A DNA stretch of 64,000 nt from Chiloscyllium plagiosum (lineage: Eukaryota): contig NC_057720.1 in the NCBI RefSeq assembly GCF_004010195.1, positions 5,971,273 to 6,035,272 of the forward strand. The letters run 5' to 3'. Shown here piece after piece: positions 11,502 to 22,984 of the stretch. Every line of letters starts with the position of its first letter. The first letter of the stretch is position 1. Both the position numbers and the translations under genes were made by a program. The notes beneath the pieces are model-generated. The model saw only the letters and a list, made by a program, of their open reading frames with translations, ran no database searches and was not told where the DNA came from.

Positions 11502-12408
11502 TAGTGAGTTTTGAGAAGATTTGTAGGTCAGGTTGAGGTTCTGGATGTAGGTTTGCTCGCTGAGCTGGAAGGTTCATTTCCAGACATTTTGTCACCCTAC
11601 TAGGTAACATTTTCAGTGGGTATCCAGACGAAGCACTGCTGCTGATTCCTGCTTACTATTTATATGTTTGGGTTTCTTTGGGTTATTGATGCCATTTCCT
11701 GCAGTGATGTCATTTCCTGTTCTTTTTCTCAGAGGGTGGTAGATGGGGTCTAACTCGATGTGTTTGTCAATAGGGTTCCGGTTGGAATGCCATACTTCTA
11801 GGAATTCTCGTGTGTATCTCTGTTTAGCTTGTCCTAGGATGGTTGTGTTGTCCCAGTTGAAGTGGGACAAACAAAACTAATGTAATTTACAAAAATACAA
11901 AAAGACCCCATACAGATAACAAGCAAAACTAATGTCATTTACAAAATATCATGCAAGAACTGTAACAAACATTACATTAGACAAACAGGCAGAAAACTAG
12001 CCACCAGGATACATGAACATCAACTAGCCACATGACATGACTCTCTCCCACTAGTATCCATACATACAGATAAGGAAGGACACCACTTTGACTGGGACAA
12101 CACATCCATTCTAGGACAAGCCAAACAGAGACACGCACAAGAATTCCTAAAAGCATGGCATTCCAACCAGAACTCTATCAACAAACACATCAAGTTAGAC
12201 CCAATCTACTACCCCCTGAGAAAAAGAACAGGAAATGACACCATCACCACAGGAAAGGACAGCACCAACACAAAGAAACCCAAACATATAAATAGAAAGC
12301 AGGAATCAGCAGCAGTGCTTCACCTGGAGGCCCACTGAAGATGTAACCTAGCAGGATAATGAAACGTCTGGAAATGAGCCTTCCAACTCAGCGAGCAAAC
12401 TTACATCC
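11502..12408. mobile_element. PLE (family B1) inverted-repeat insertion with GIY-YIG 3' region
   Basis: TSD AGTACTGAGGCT at 11490-11501 and 12409-12420; HFNWDNTTILGQAKQR...REFLEVWHS on both strands. Confidence 0.88.
12332..12371 (+). ncRNA. Hammerhead motif (family B1), stem II partly decayed
   Basis: CCA-CTGAAGA-T-GTAACCT..AGGATAAT-GAAA-CG-TC^TGG; stem I CCA/TGG. Confidence 0.65.
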
Positions 12409-12894
12409 AGTACTGAGGCTGTTGCCGCGATGCCGTCATATTGGGAGATGCTGGTCTAGAGTGCCAAACCTTTCATCGTGACGAGGAATGTTCCCGGTTC
12501 GACTGGTCCGTGGGTGCTGAGTTCCTGTAAGAAATCTGTAGTGTTGCGACAGAAGCTGGAGGTCCCCTGTACAATGGGTTTCAAGATGCCCTCATCATAG
12601 CCAGAGAGGTTCTCACACAGGGCCCCATTGCCTGATACGATGGGACATCCTGGTGTGTTGGCTTTGTGTATCTGTGGAAGGCAGTAGAAGTTCCTATGCG
12701 AGAAGTACGTGGGATGAGGGTGCATAGGGAACTCTGAAGGACTGGATCCAAAGTCCTGATCAATGTATTTAGTTCATGGGTGTGCTCTTTGGTCGGATCA
12801 GCCGGCAGTTGCCTGTAGTGTTCCTGGTTGTTCAGTTGTCGGTACACTTCCTTGCAGTAATCTGTTCTATTCTGAATGGCAATGACTGCGAAGA

Positions 12895-13322
12895 ACAGAC
12901 TGGATCAACTGGGCTTATACTCACTGGAATTTAACAGAATGAGGGGGAATCTCATGGAAACATATAAAACCCCAAAGAGACTGGGCAGGCTAGATATAGG
13001 AAGAATGTTCACAATGTTGAGAAGTCTGAAATTATGGGTCACAGTCTAAGAATAAGGGGTAAGCCAGTCTGGACTGAGATGGGGAAGAATTTCTTCGCTC
13101 AGAATCTCTTCTCTCCCACAGGAAGCTGTTGGGGCCAATTCATTAGATAGATTCAAGAGGGAACTGGATGTAGCCCTTGCGGCTAAAGAGATGAGGGGGA
13201 ATGGGGAGAGGGTGGGAATGGGATACTGAGATTGCATGATCAGCCATGATTGTATTGAATATTAATGCAGATTCGAAGGGCCGAATGGCCTACTCCAGCA
13301 CCTTTTCTCTATGTTTCCATGT
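12895..13322 (+). mobile_element. CR1 LINE 3' end
   Basis: Similar to 55966-56420 including the CR1 3' UTR. Confidence 0.85.
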
Positions 13323-13489
13323 TACAGCCAGTGACAGAATGTTTTAGTGATGTCAGGTTTCAGAATTACAGCACTGTAACAGGCCATTCAGCTCTAGGTG
13401 AGGTGGCTTCCTCCAATTCTTCATCTCATCCTGTTACCTTCACCTTCACAGAATCACAGGACTGCTACCATTCTACCATTCAGTCCATC

Positions 13490-14825
13490 ATACCCTGCCA
13501 GCTCTCTGAATCCTGCGATAGGGTGAGGGTTATCAAATAACTATATAACTCTCTTTTCAGCATCTTGAATGAATCTGCCACTAACAGTCTCCCTGGCAGT
13601 AAATTCTGGATCCGCAACCATTTATCATGTGGAGTAGTTATACCTCTCATCACTTTTGCTTTTTTTGCTAGATCTATGCCCTTAATCCTTTCAATAATGG
13701 GGACATTTTCTCCCAGTTTTCTGTCCAGTGATCTCATGATTTTGTGTAGTTCTGTCAGATTTCCTCTCTTCCTCAAGGAGCACTGTTCCAGTTTCTCCAG
13801 TCCATCTTCACAACTGAAATTTCTCAACACAGACTCATGGAGTCATACAGCAAGGAAACAAACCCTTCGGTCCAACCTGTCTAAACTAAACTATTCCCAC
13901 CTGCCTGCACTTGGCCCATATCCTTCCAAACCTTTCCTATTCATGAACTTTTCCAAATGGCTTTTAAATGCTGTAACTGGTCTGACAACTGCACCATTTA
14001 AGTTCAGAGATGGTTACTGAGAGTGGTAAACTCAGCCCGGACAGTCACAAAAACCAACCTCTCGTCTATAAAATCCATCTACCAGGCCCACAGTCAAGGA
14101 TAAACCGCCAGCATTCTCAAAGATCCATCCCACCCTGGCAATGTTTTTCTATAACCTCTATCATTGGGGAGAAGGTACAGAAACCTAAACACACGCACCA
14201 GCCGGTTTTGGAACAGTTTCTACCCTGCTGTTGTTGGAATACTGAATGGACTCTCAAACTCTTAACTTTCGCCTGTCCTGTGTTTTTGTTTTTGCTGCTG
14301 TTTACCTATTATTTACTTATCAACGCGACTTAACTCTGTGATCTGCCTGTGTTGCTCGCAAGGCAAAGCTTTTCACTGTGCCACAGTACATGTGACAATA
14401 AATTCAATTCAATTCAATTCAATTCAATTCAACTGTATCTGCATCCACTACGTCCTCTGGGAATCATTCCACACACGAACCACTCTCTGTGTAAAAAAAT
14501 GTTGCCTTTCATGTCCTTCTTAAATCGTTCTCCTCTCACCTTAAAAACATGCCCCTGGTTTTGAATCTCCCCACCCTAGGGGGAAAAAACTCTTATTATC
14601 CAGCTTATCTTTATCTCTCATGATTTTATAAACTTCAATAAGGTCACCCCTCAACCTCTTACGATCTAGTGAAAAATGCCCTAGTCATTCCAATTTATTT
14701 TTATATCTCAAACCCTCCAATCCTGGCAACATTGTGGTGAATGTCTTCTACTCTCTTTCCAATGTGTTCACATCCTACCCAAAGCGTGGTACCCCGGATT
14801 GTACACAGTACTCCAGCTGAGGCTG
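13490..14825 (-). mobile_element. CR1 fragments, split by a Rex1/Babar insertion
   Basis: CR1 ORF2 C-terminal and 3' UTR remnants on both sides of 13980-14432. Confidence 0.75.
13980..14432 (+). mobile_element. Rex1/Babar-type LINE 3' end with (TTCAA)n tail
   Basis: Homologous to 25405-26048; ends GTACATGTGACAATAAA(TTCAA)n. Confidence 0.75.
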
Positions 14826-14840
14826 GGCTGGTGTCTTATA

Positions 14841-15065
14841 ATTAGAGTGGTGCTGGAAAAGCACAGCAGGTCAGGCAGCATCTGAGGAGCAGGAAAATCG
14901 ACGTTTCCGGCAGAAGACCTTCAGCAGGTGATTCCTGATGAAGGGCTCCTGCCCGAAACATCGACTTTCCTGCTCCTCGGATGCTGCCTGACCTGCTGTG
15001 CATTTTCCAGCACCGCTCTAATCTTGACTCTAATCTCCAGCATCTGCAGTTCTCACTTTCACCTA
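14841..15065. mobile_element. Hairpin PLE family-A mini-element with hammerhead motifs on both strands
   Basis: Arm 14841-14928 is inverted relative to 14934-15022; plus strand CTGATGA-A-GGGC-TCCT-GCCC-GAAA-CA-TC at 14935-14962. Confidence 0.85.
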
Positions 15066-16024
15066 GTGTCTCGTAATGGCTAACAAAGGAAAATTACTGC
15101 AGCTGATGGAGCAGCACAGAGAGTGCTGGAGAAACTCAGCAGGTCTGATAGTATCTGTGGAGAGAGAAATAGAGCTGATATTTCAAGCCCAGTGTGACTC
15201 TTTTCTATCCCATCTCCAGCCTCTTTCAGTTCCAAAAAAGAGTCATACTGGACTCAAAATGTTAATTCGGTTTTGAGTTTCCTCCAGTGTTCTCTGTGTT
15301 TGTATCTTATACCTTTGAGTCCATTCTCTAACATGTATTTATTTGGCTTCTCTTTAAACACATCAAATGGTAAAAAAAATCAAGAAACAAAAAATGAAAA
15401 ATGGGGAGATACAGACCAAAACAAGGTGAGGAGAAATCTGAGAGACAAATGAAAACATGGAAGTGACTGAGCGAGAGACAGTCAACTTACATATTTGCAG
15501 TAATTAATATTTCAGAAAATATTCTCATCTGTTATGTTTGCATTGTTCAGGGCAAGTTTAAATTTCAAACTCCAATTCATTGAACAAATGTTACATGAAT
15601 GGTTCAGATCCACACGATGTTCAGTCCCATTGTATCCTAATAATGAACAATAACAGCTTAATGGGTAATTGATAAGCAAAAGCATTTCAAATGCATTCAT
15701 GACACACAAACAGAAAGCATTTGTGTCTCTGATGAGGGAAGTGAAGATGGAATTGTCAAACCTTTACCTTGCTTTCAATTGGATTTGGAATGTCTAATTT
15801 TCAAAATGAATAGCAATTACTTTGCGCAATAAAACTTCCTGATTTGTGCACTAATTAATTATATAATGGGAGCTCAGCTTAGTGGGGAGCCGGTGATGGC
15901 TTCTTGAAGAATTGATAACGTAGGATTGGAGCGAAATACTCGAGCAGCCCTTCTCCTTTACATTTAATGAGAGAATTTGTTGATTAATCATTCTCGATTT
16001 GCCAAGAAGCAGTTTTTGTCATAG

Positions 16025-16045
16025 ATCCTGATAATGCCACTTATG
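16025..16045 (+). other. Candidate 21-nt microexon (DPDNATY in phase 1 or ILIMPLM in phase 0)
   Basis: TTTTTGTCATAG acceptor, G|GTAAGC donor, length divisible by 3, in a TE-free island. Confidence 0.3.
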
Positions 16046-17149
16046 GTAAGCTTACACATCACCTTGGCTGGGCCACACATGAAGCATTGTTTGTAATCCA
16101 TTTTACAAATAGAACATAATGACACAGAAAAAGTACTTACAGAACTGATGCCAAATCAGCAATGATGGCATTATCAGGATTAGAGTGAGCAAATTCTGGA
16201 GTAATAACTCTGAGAGGTGATCTACTGATTTGTTAAATTACGGGGTACTCTGTTAGAATAGACAAAGCTGTGGGGGGGGGGGATGAAGAAATTGTCAAGA
16301 CCAGTTTTTCAGTCCCAGGAGTCTTGATGCTTTAGCTTCTGTCTATGCTGTCCACAGATAATCGGAAGAAGCTTCCCTCAATGTGTGTTTGTTCAGTTCT
16401 GGAAACCTAGTCGGTATGGATGAGCTGGGCCAAAGGGGCCTTTCTCCGTGCTGTATACTTCTATGACCCTGTGGCTGTATGACAGCAGCATCCCTTTAAT
16501 ACAAACAGTATGCCTTTAAGATGTACAGGCCAGAAGATACATCTCTACTTGCACCTGCAGCAGTGCGCTAGGTGCAAGCTCAAATCTTTATAATGAAAAG
16601 GGATGCCATCTGTCTTGATGGCAACAGAGATAGAGAGGTGATCATAAATCAAGACTCCTGTGCCTGAAAAACTGCTCTTGACAACAGCATCCACCCCCCC
16701 CCTCCCCCCAACCTCCTCTGTCTATCCTAACAGAGACTGTCAGCATCTCCCCACCTCATGATGCTTCCCCATCACTCCATCTATTCAAATACAGCAGCTG
16801 ATGCAAAAGCAAAATGATTTGAATTCTGGAAATCTTCAGTCAGAAAACTGCGGAGAGCGAACTTTTCAGGCTGATGACCTTTCACTGGAATTGGTCAGTT
16901 CTGATCGGTCACAATCATATTAAATGGCAAAGCAGTCTCAGGGGGTTAATGACCTACTCCTGCTCCTATTTCTTAACTTCTTATATAAATACATATTGTT
17001 AGCATTTTTCAAACTGAATGCCTAAGTTTGCCGGTGATACCAAATTGCAGGGAAAAATAGGATTGCTACCAAAAAAAGATTAATTTCAAAGAAATTTATT
17101 GTTAGTAGGATTAGAGAAAAAAAATTAATATTAAAAAGTGTAACATTTC

Positions 17150-17635
17150 CTTCTATAGGAAGGATACTATTAAATTAGTGAGGGTGCAGAAAAGATTTAC
17201 CAGGATGTTACCAGTCATAGAGGGGCTGAGTTATAGGAAGAGGCTGTATAGATTGGGACATGTTTCACTGGAACGTAGGAGGTTAAGGAGTGATCTGATA
17301 GAAGTTTATAAAATTATGAGGGTCGTAGATAAGGTAAATAACAAAGGTCTTTTCCCTAAGGTAGGGCAGCCCAAAACTAGAAGGCATTTAAAAGGGTCTT
17401 GAGGGGTAAGTTTTTACACAGCAAGTGCTTGGTATGTGGAATGAACTGCTGAAGGAAATGGTAGGTGCAGACACAGTTACAATGTTTTAACAACTTTTGA
17501 ACAAGCATGTGAACAGGAAACAGGTACGTGGGCCACAAGCAGGTAAATGGGACTAGTTTAATTTGGGAAAATTGGTCAGCACGGATGACTTGTACCGAAG
17601 GGTCTGTTTCCAAGCTGTAAAACCCTATGACTATG
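17150..17635 (+). mobile_element. CR1 LINE 3' end
   Basis: RVQKRFTRMLP...RRRLRSDLIEVYKIM. Confidence 0.9.
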
Positions 17636-17702
17636 ATTGAGCTGTTGTGCAGACATTGTCAACATATGTGAAACAACTCAATATTTATTTTTGTTACAGA
17701 AA

Positions 17703-17931
17703 CAAATGAAAACAATTTGTACATCGCTGAAACCCACTCTAGATTTCACTCATTCTGCCAGCTCACATTTTATTTGCTGCCCTTATCTCACTCCATCCAA
17801 GTTAACCTTCCCACTAACAGATAGATTTCCACCTCTGTTATCAGCATGTCCCGATTAATTCAGAGTGGGTCGGCTCTTTAAAGTAGAGCTGGAAAATCTA
17901 GTTACAACAAGCTATTTTGCAACAAATACAT
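17703..17931. repeat. Copy 1 of a ~230-bp local direct duplication
   Basis: Aligns end to end with 19848-20081. Confidence 0.92.
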
Positions 17932-17996
17932 TTTAGTCCACCAAAGTAAAAGAGCAAATATTAGCATATTAGCAATAATTTATGTACATTTTAGGC

Positions 17997-18274
17997 CATG
18001 ATTTGGAGGTGCCAGTATTGGATCGGGGTGAACAACGTCAGAAACCATGTGACACATTAAAGTCCGACAGTTTAATTTGAAATCACAAGCTTTCGGAGCG
18101 CTGTTATTTTGATGAAACCTCGTGATTTCAAAAAAACCTATAAACTGGTGTTGTGTGACTTCTGACCTTCTTCTAAGCCAGATTCTGGATTAGTGGTGCT
18201 GGAAGAGCACAACAGTTCAGGCAGTATCCAAGGAGCAGCGAAATCGACGTTTCGGGCAAAAGCCCTTCATTTTT
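17997..18274. mobile_element. Family-C inverted PLE remnant (17997-18164) plus family-A insertion (18183-18274)
   Basis: ACCTTCTTCTAAGCCAGA repeated at 18165-18182 and 18275-18292. Confidence 0.75.
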
Positions 18275-18799
18275 ACCTTCTTCTAAGCCAGACTAGTTGT
18301 CTATACTTAGTTCTTTTGGGATTTTTTTTAACCACGGTGTAGCTATTTCTAAGCTCCCTATTCTTGCATTGTTAATTTATTATAACCAATTTTCTTGTAA
18401 AGTTAACCCCAGCAATAAGGTTTCCCGAGATCCACTGTCAGTCCAAACGAACCTGCATTGATTCTAAAACATATGTACAACAGGAGACATCACGTTAGCT
18501 TTGGATGACAGTGTAAAATGAGACATTAATATCTTGGCAACTCTTTAAACATGTCCCCAAATTTTCATTCATTCGAAACCAATAGGGCAACTAACTAAAG
18601 GATGTGTTGAACAAATGGTCATGCTAACGTCACGTATTCGACATTATCATATAAAATCTGGATACTCAGCAGTCTTACACTCAAAATTCAGAAACTCCAA
18701 CCCACAGCCATGGACCTGCTAATACAATGCCAGAGTTATATGGTCTTTTTTCATTCAGTTACATTAGAAATCGCTTTCACAGATATTGGTGGGAGATAT

Positions 18800-19112
18800 G
18801 TGGACAATATAGATAAACTATTTCCAATGGTTGGGCATTCTAGATCAAGAGGCACAGTCTGAGAATGAGGGCCAGACCATTCAGGAGAGAGGTTAGGAAG
18901 CTTTTCTACACACAAAGGGTGGGAGAGGTTTGGAACTCTCTTCCACATGTAGCAGCAGGTGCTGGATCAGTTATTAATTTTAAATCTGAGATTAGTAAAC
19001 TTTTATTAATCAAAGGTATTAAGGGATACAGACCTAAGTCAGGTAAATAGAGTTCAACCATGATCTCATGGATGGTTGGAACAGGATTGAGGGGCTGGAA
19101 TGCCTATACCTG
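18800..19112 (+). mobile_element. CR1 LINE 3' end
   Basis: FYTQRVGEVWNSLP. Confidence 0.85.
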
Positions 19113-19224
19113 TCCCAGGGGAGGGATGTTTCACACCCAAATTCAGTTGGACTGACCATGATGTAACAAGGATGGCTCATGTTGCATTGACAGATCAGTA
19201 GATGAATTCCATGGTAGAGCTGAA

Positions 19225-19527
19225 TCATAGAATCCCTATCAAGTCCACAACAAACCTCTGAAGAGCATTCCACCCAGACCAACTCCTTACCCTATCCCTA
19301 TAACTCTGCATTCCCCATGATTAATCCACCCAACATATGCATTCCTGGACACTATGGGCAACTTAGCATGGCCAATCGACCTAACCTGCACATCTTTGAA
19401 TTGTGGGAGGAAAGCCACGCAGACAAGGGGAGAACGTGCAAGCTCACACAAATAGTCACCCGAGGCTGGAATTGAACCCAGGTTCCTGGCGCTGTGAGAC
19501 AGCAGTGCTAACCACTGAGCCAGCACG
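19225..19527 (-). mobile_element. HE1/V-SINE-like SINE
   Basis: A and B boxes and body match other copies. Confidence 0.87.
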
Positions 19528-19847
19528 CTATGCAAGCTGTTGGAGCTGTAAAACCTGAAAGCTTTGCACACACCAATGTCTCACCAAATCCAGAGACTGG
19601 CCGTAATTTCCTTTCTTGATAAGCACCCAAACACTCTGAAAAATGTAACCCAGGCAAACTCCGTGTCACCTTTCCATCCAATTGACTTATACACCTCAAT
19701 CACCCACTAATGAAGAATGAGTTTCTTAATCAAATGGCATGATTAATGGAGAGAACATGTAAGTTAGTTCAAAGTGTCAATTAAACATATCCTAATTCAG
19801 ATTTTAGGATATTCACCCTTGATTAATTGTTAAGAAAGTGAGAGATG

Positions 19848-20081
19848 CAAATGAAAACAATTCGTACATCGCTGAAACCCACTCTAGACTTAGCTAATAC
19901 TGCCAGCTCACATTTTATTTGCTGCCCTCATGACATTCCATCCAAGTTAACCTTCCCAATAACAGACAGATTTCCACCTTGAAGCTCTGTTATCAACTTG
20001 TCTTGATTGACTCAGGGTGGTTCGGTTCAATAAAGTGGAGCAGGACAAAAGTTACAACAGACTATTTTGCAAATAATACAT
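19848..20081. repeat. Copy 2 of the ~230-bp local duplication
   Basis: Aligns with 17703-17931 with a 7-nt insertion. Confidence 0.92.
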
Positions 20082-20264
20082 GCTGGGTGAGGTGAATAGA
20101 ATGGACGCATTTAATGGGAGGTGAGATAAATATATTGGGGGGGACAGGGGATTATGCTGAAAGTCTTTAATGAGAAAGAATGGGAAGAAACTGATGCAAA
20201 ACATTGGGGCTCAATGATCTTTCTTTGCATGGGACTTTTACCTTGACTTCAGGGGTCACAAGGA

Positions 20265-20870
20265 CAGATTATACAAATTTGGTCTGTTTTCTCTAGAATT
20301 TACAAGGTTAAGGGGTGATCTGTTCGAAGTCTTCAAGATAGTAACAGGAAAAGGCAGGGTAGATAAAGGGAAACAATTTCCATTGGTTGGGGATTCTAGA
20401 TCTAGGGCTCAAAATCTGAGAATTATGGCCAGACCGTTCAGGAGAGATGTTAGGAAGCTCTTCGACACACAAAGGGTGGGAGAGGTTTGGAACTCTCTTC
20501 CACCAAATGGCAGTGGGTGCTAGATTGGTCATTTAATATAAGGGGTGACCTTATAATGGTTTATAAAATCATGAGGGGCATGGATAGGGTGAATAGACAA
20601 GGTCTTTTCCCTGGGGTGGGGGAGTCCAGAACTAGAGGGCATAGGTTTTGGAGGAGAGGGGAAAGATATAAAAGGGATCTAAGAGTCAACCTTCTCACGC
20701 AGAGGGTGATGCATGTATGGAGTGAGCTCCCAGAGTAAGTGGTGGAGCCTGGTACAACTACAGCATTTAAAAGGCATCTGGATGGGTATATGAGAAGGAA
20801 AGGTTTAGAAGGATGTGGGTCAAGAACTGACAAGCAGGACTAGATCAATTTAAGAAATCTGGTCTGCATG
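20265..20870 (+). mobile_element. Two abutting CR1 3' fragments
   Basis: RGDLIMVYKIMRGMDRVN...TQRVMHVWSELP. Confidence 0.87.
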
Positions 20871-22984
20871 TGACAATAAAATCTAAAACTAAAATCTATG
20901 CCCTCTTAGTCCTCAATCCCATCAGTTAATGAAGTGATTATCTGTTTTTTTTTTAGCAAATATTTTGCGTATCCAACACAGGGTAGAGTGCTGAACTTAT
21001 TCAATTCATAATTGGTTTGGGGGGATCCTTGTCTGCACAGATTGGTTGTTGTGTTTTCCTGTATTGCTGTAGAGACCATGTTTCAAAAATATTTATTCAT
21101 TGTAAAGTAGTTTAGGATGTCCTAAGACAGTGGAAGTTATTACATAAGTGCAAGTTCTTTGTTTCTCTTTCCTGTCTTCACTCCTGGGCATCATGCCAGA
21201 GAGAGAGAGAGAGAGAGCAAGAAAAGCTGCTTGCATTATACAGGGTGCAGAGAAAAATAACTTGAGTAAATCTCAAGTGTAAAGGAGATGAGCTGTAAGA
21301 AAAAATTAAAGAAGTTTAAGCCTCACAGTCGATAAAGCTGATGGTTAAGCAGGAATCTCATTGAGGATATAAAATATTAAACGGTATATATACACATAGT
21401 GCAACCACAGCCCTACTTCAAATAATGCCAGAAGGGACCTAAATGGTAATAAGTAAAAGTAAATGTCTTTACTCAAAGTGATATATTTTTGAGAATATTT
21501 TAAGCAATCTTACTTTTTCGAAATTGTCTTCCTAAATCCCATTTGTCAGAAGGAATTTAAGAATTCATCCGACAACATAGCTCGTAGCAACTCCTTGCCT
21601 TATCAATAAAATAAGGCTTGAAAACTTGAAATCCAGAGTTGAAAGCAAAACTAGAATTAAAATTATTTCCAGATATCCAACTGCACTCATTCTCATGCTC
21701 ATGATCCAATCTGTGCGAATCTACATTTAGTTTCATTAAAATTCATCTGCCGTACATACAATATATATTGAATCGTCCTACTTTGGTGTGGTTTCTTTGT
21801 CTCTTCAGAATATCATTCTTCAGGCATCATTACCAGACACTTGTCTGAAAAGTTTTTTTTTGTGTGTGTCTGTGTGTGATCATTCTTTCAGGCTTATTCC
21901 ACATGCTGATGAATTTAAGACCTCCAGGAGTCTTCTATGACATGTACAAATTACATTATTAAAATCGTACAGCCGATCTGAGAATAGGTTATCTGTTCGT
22001 TGATTAGTTCACAGTTTATTCTGTTTCGTATTCATGCAGAAATTCACACAAGTACTTGCTGTTCAACATCTTCTGTGTGACTATTCTGACTGTAAGAAGC
22101 AGTGAGCCCTTTAGATCGGCAAGGTCATTTGGATATTCACACAACAGCAATAAGAGGCTCTGAGAATAAAAAAGAATTCTTGATTAAAATATGCAGTGAG
22201 CCATCCCAACGGAGTGCTAATCATAATAGAGTGAAGCCCTGTTATTGTCACTTTGTTTTCCTCGGCTTAACAAATTGTTCGTAATAATCAAAAGGCTTTA
22301 CGGTTGGAGTGCATTCACTTTCTCATATCCGTCAAAATTAATTTAATCCCTCAGCTGGTGATGGGTTCCCACACTGTGCTTCGTTGATGTGAGATTACTC
22401 TTGAAGTTTGAAGCAAAGGTTGCACAAGGGAAATCAAATGTAGGTGCTGTGAGATCCCTCATAAATTGAGATGGAATGACTAACTCAGTGACCTCGATTT
22501 TAACCCTATGCTCCCTAACAGGGATATGGAGGGGGATTGTGCAGAATCCACACATTTTCTCCCCCATCCACACTTCTTATCGTGATGTTCGGCTGGAAGA
22601 ATTGATGTGAGTACTGATGTTGTTATCACTGGAGTTCACAAACCAGTTGGCCAAACCTGATGAGATAGGCTTCAGAAAAGGACTGAAACACAATTTCAAG
22701 GCAATATGCATCTGCACCTTTGGAATCACAGAATTCTTATGGTGTAGAAGGAGGCCAATCGGCTCACTGTGCCTATACCAGTTCTATTATCCAGTCCAAC
22801 TCCACTGCCAAGTGTCAATCTCCTGCCTTTTCCCCATATACCTGCACCCAGTCACTATCCAAAACAAAAGTCCAATGGCCTCTGGTATTAAAGACAACAA
22901 ACACCTCTAACAGTGCAGCACTCTCTCAGTGCTGCATTGAAGACTCAGTCTAGGATTCACAAGCTCTCTATGTTTTTCTGAGCA

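Larger units (their letters stand above)
10722..12890 (-). mobile_element. Penelope-like element reverse-transcriptase region, degraded and interrupted at 11502-12408
   Basis: FYCLPQIHKANTPGCPIVSG...TTDFL, then GTKFAP and RYINDIF in minus frames; typical PLE RT motifs with stops and frameshifts. Confidence 0.85.

Noticed and set aside
17637..17858. Duplicated coding exon
   Set aside because: A 7-nt indel between copies, stops in most frames, and substitutions not concentrated at synonymous sites of an open frame
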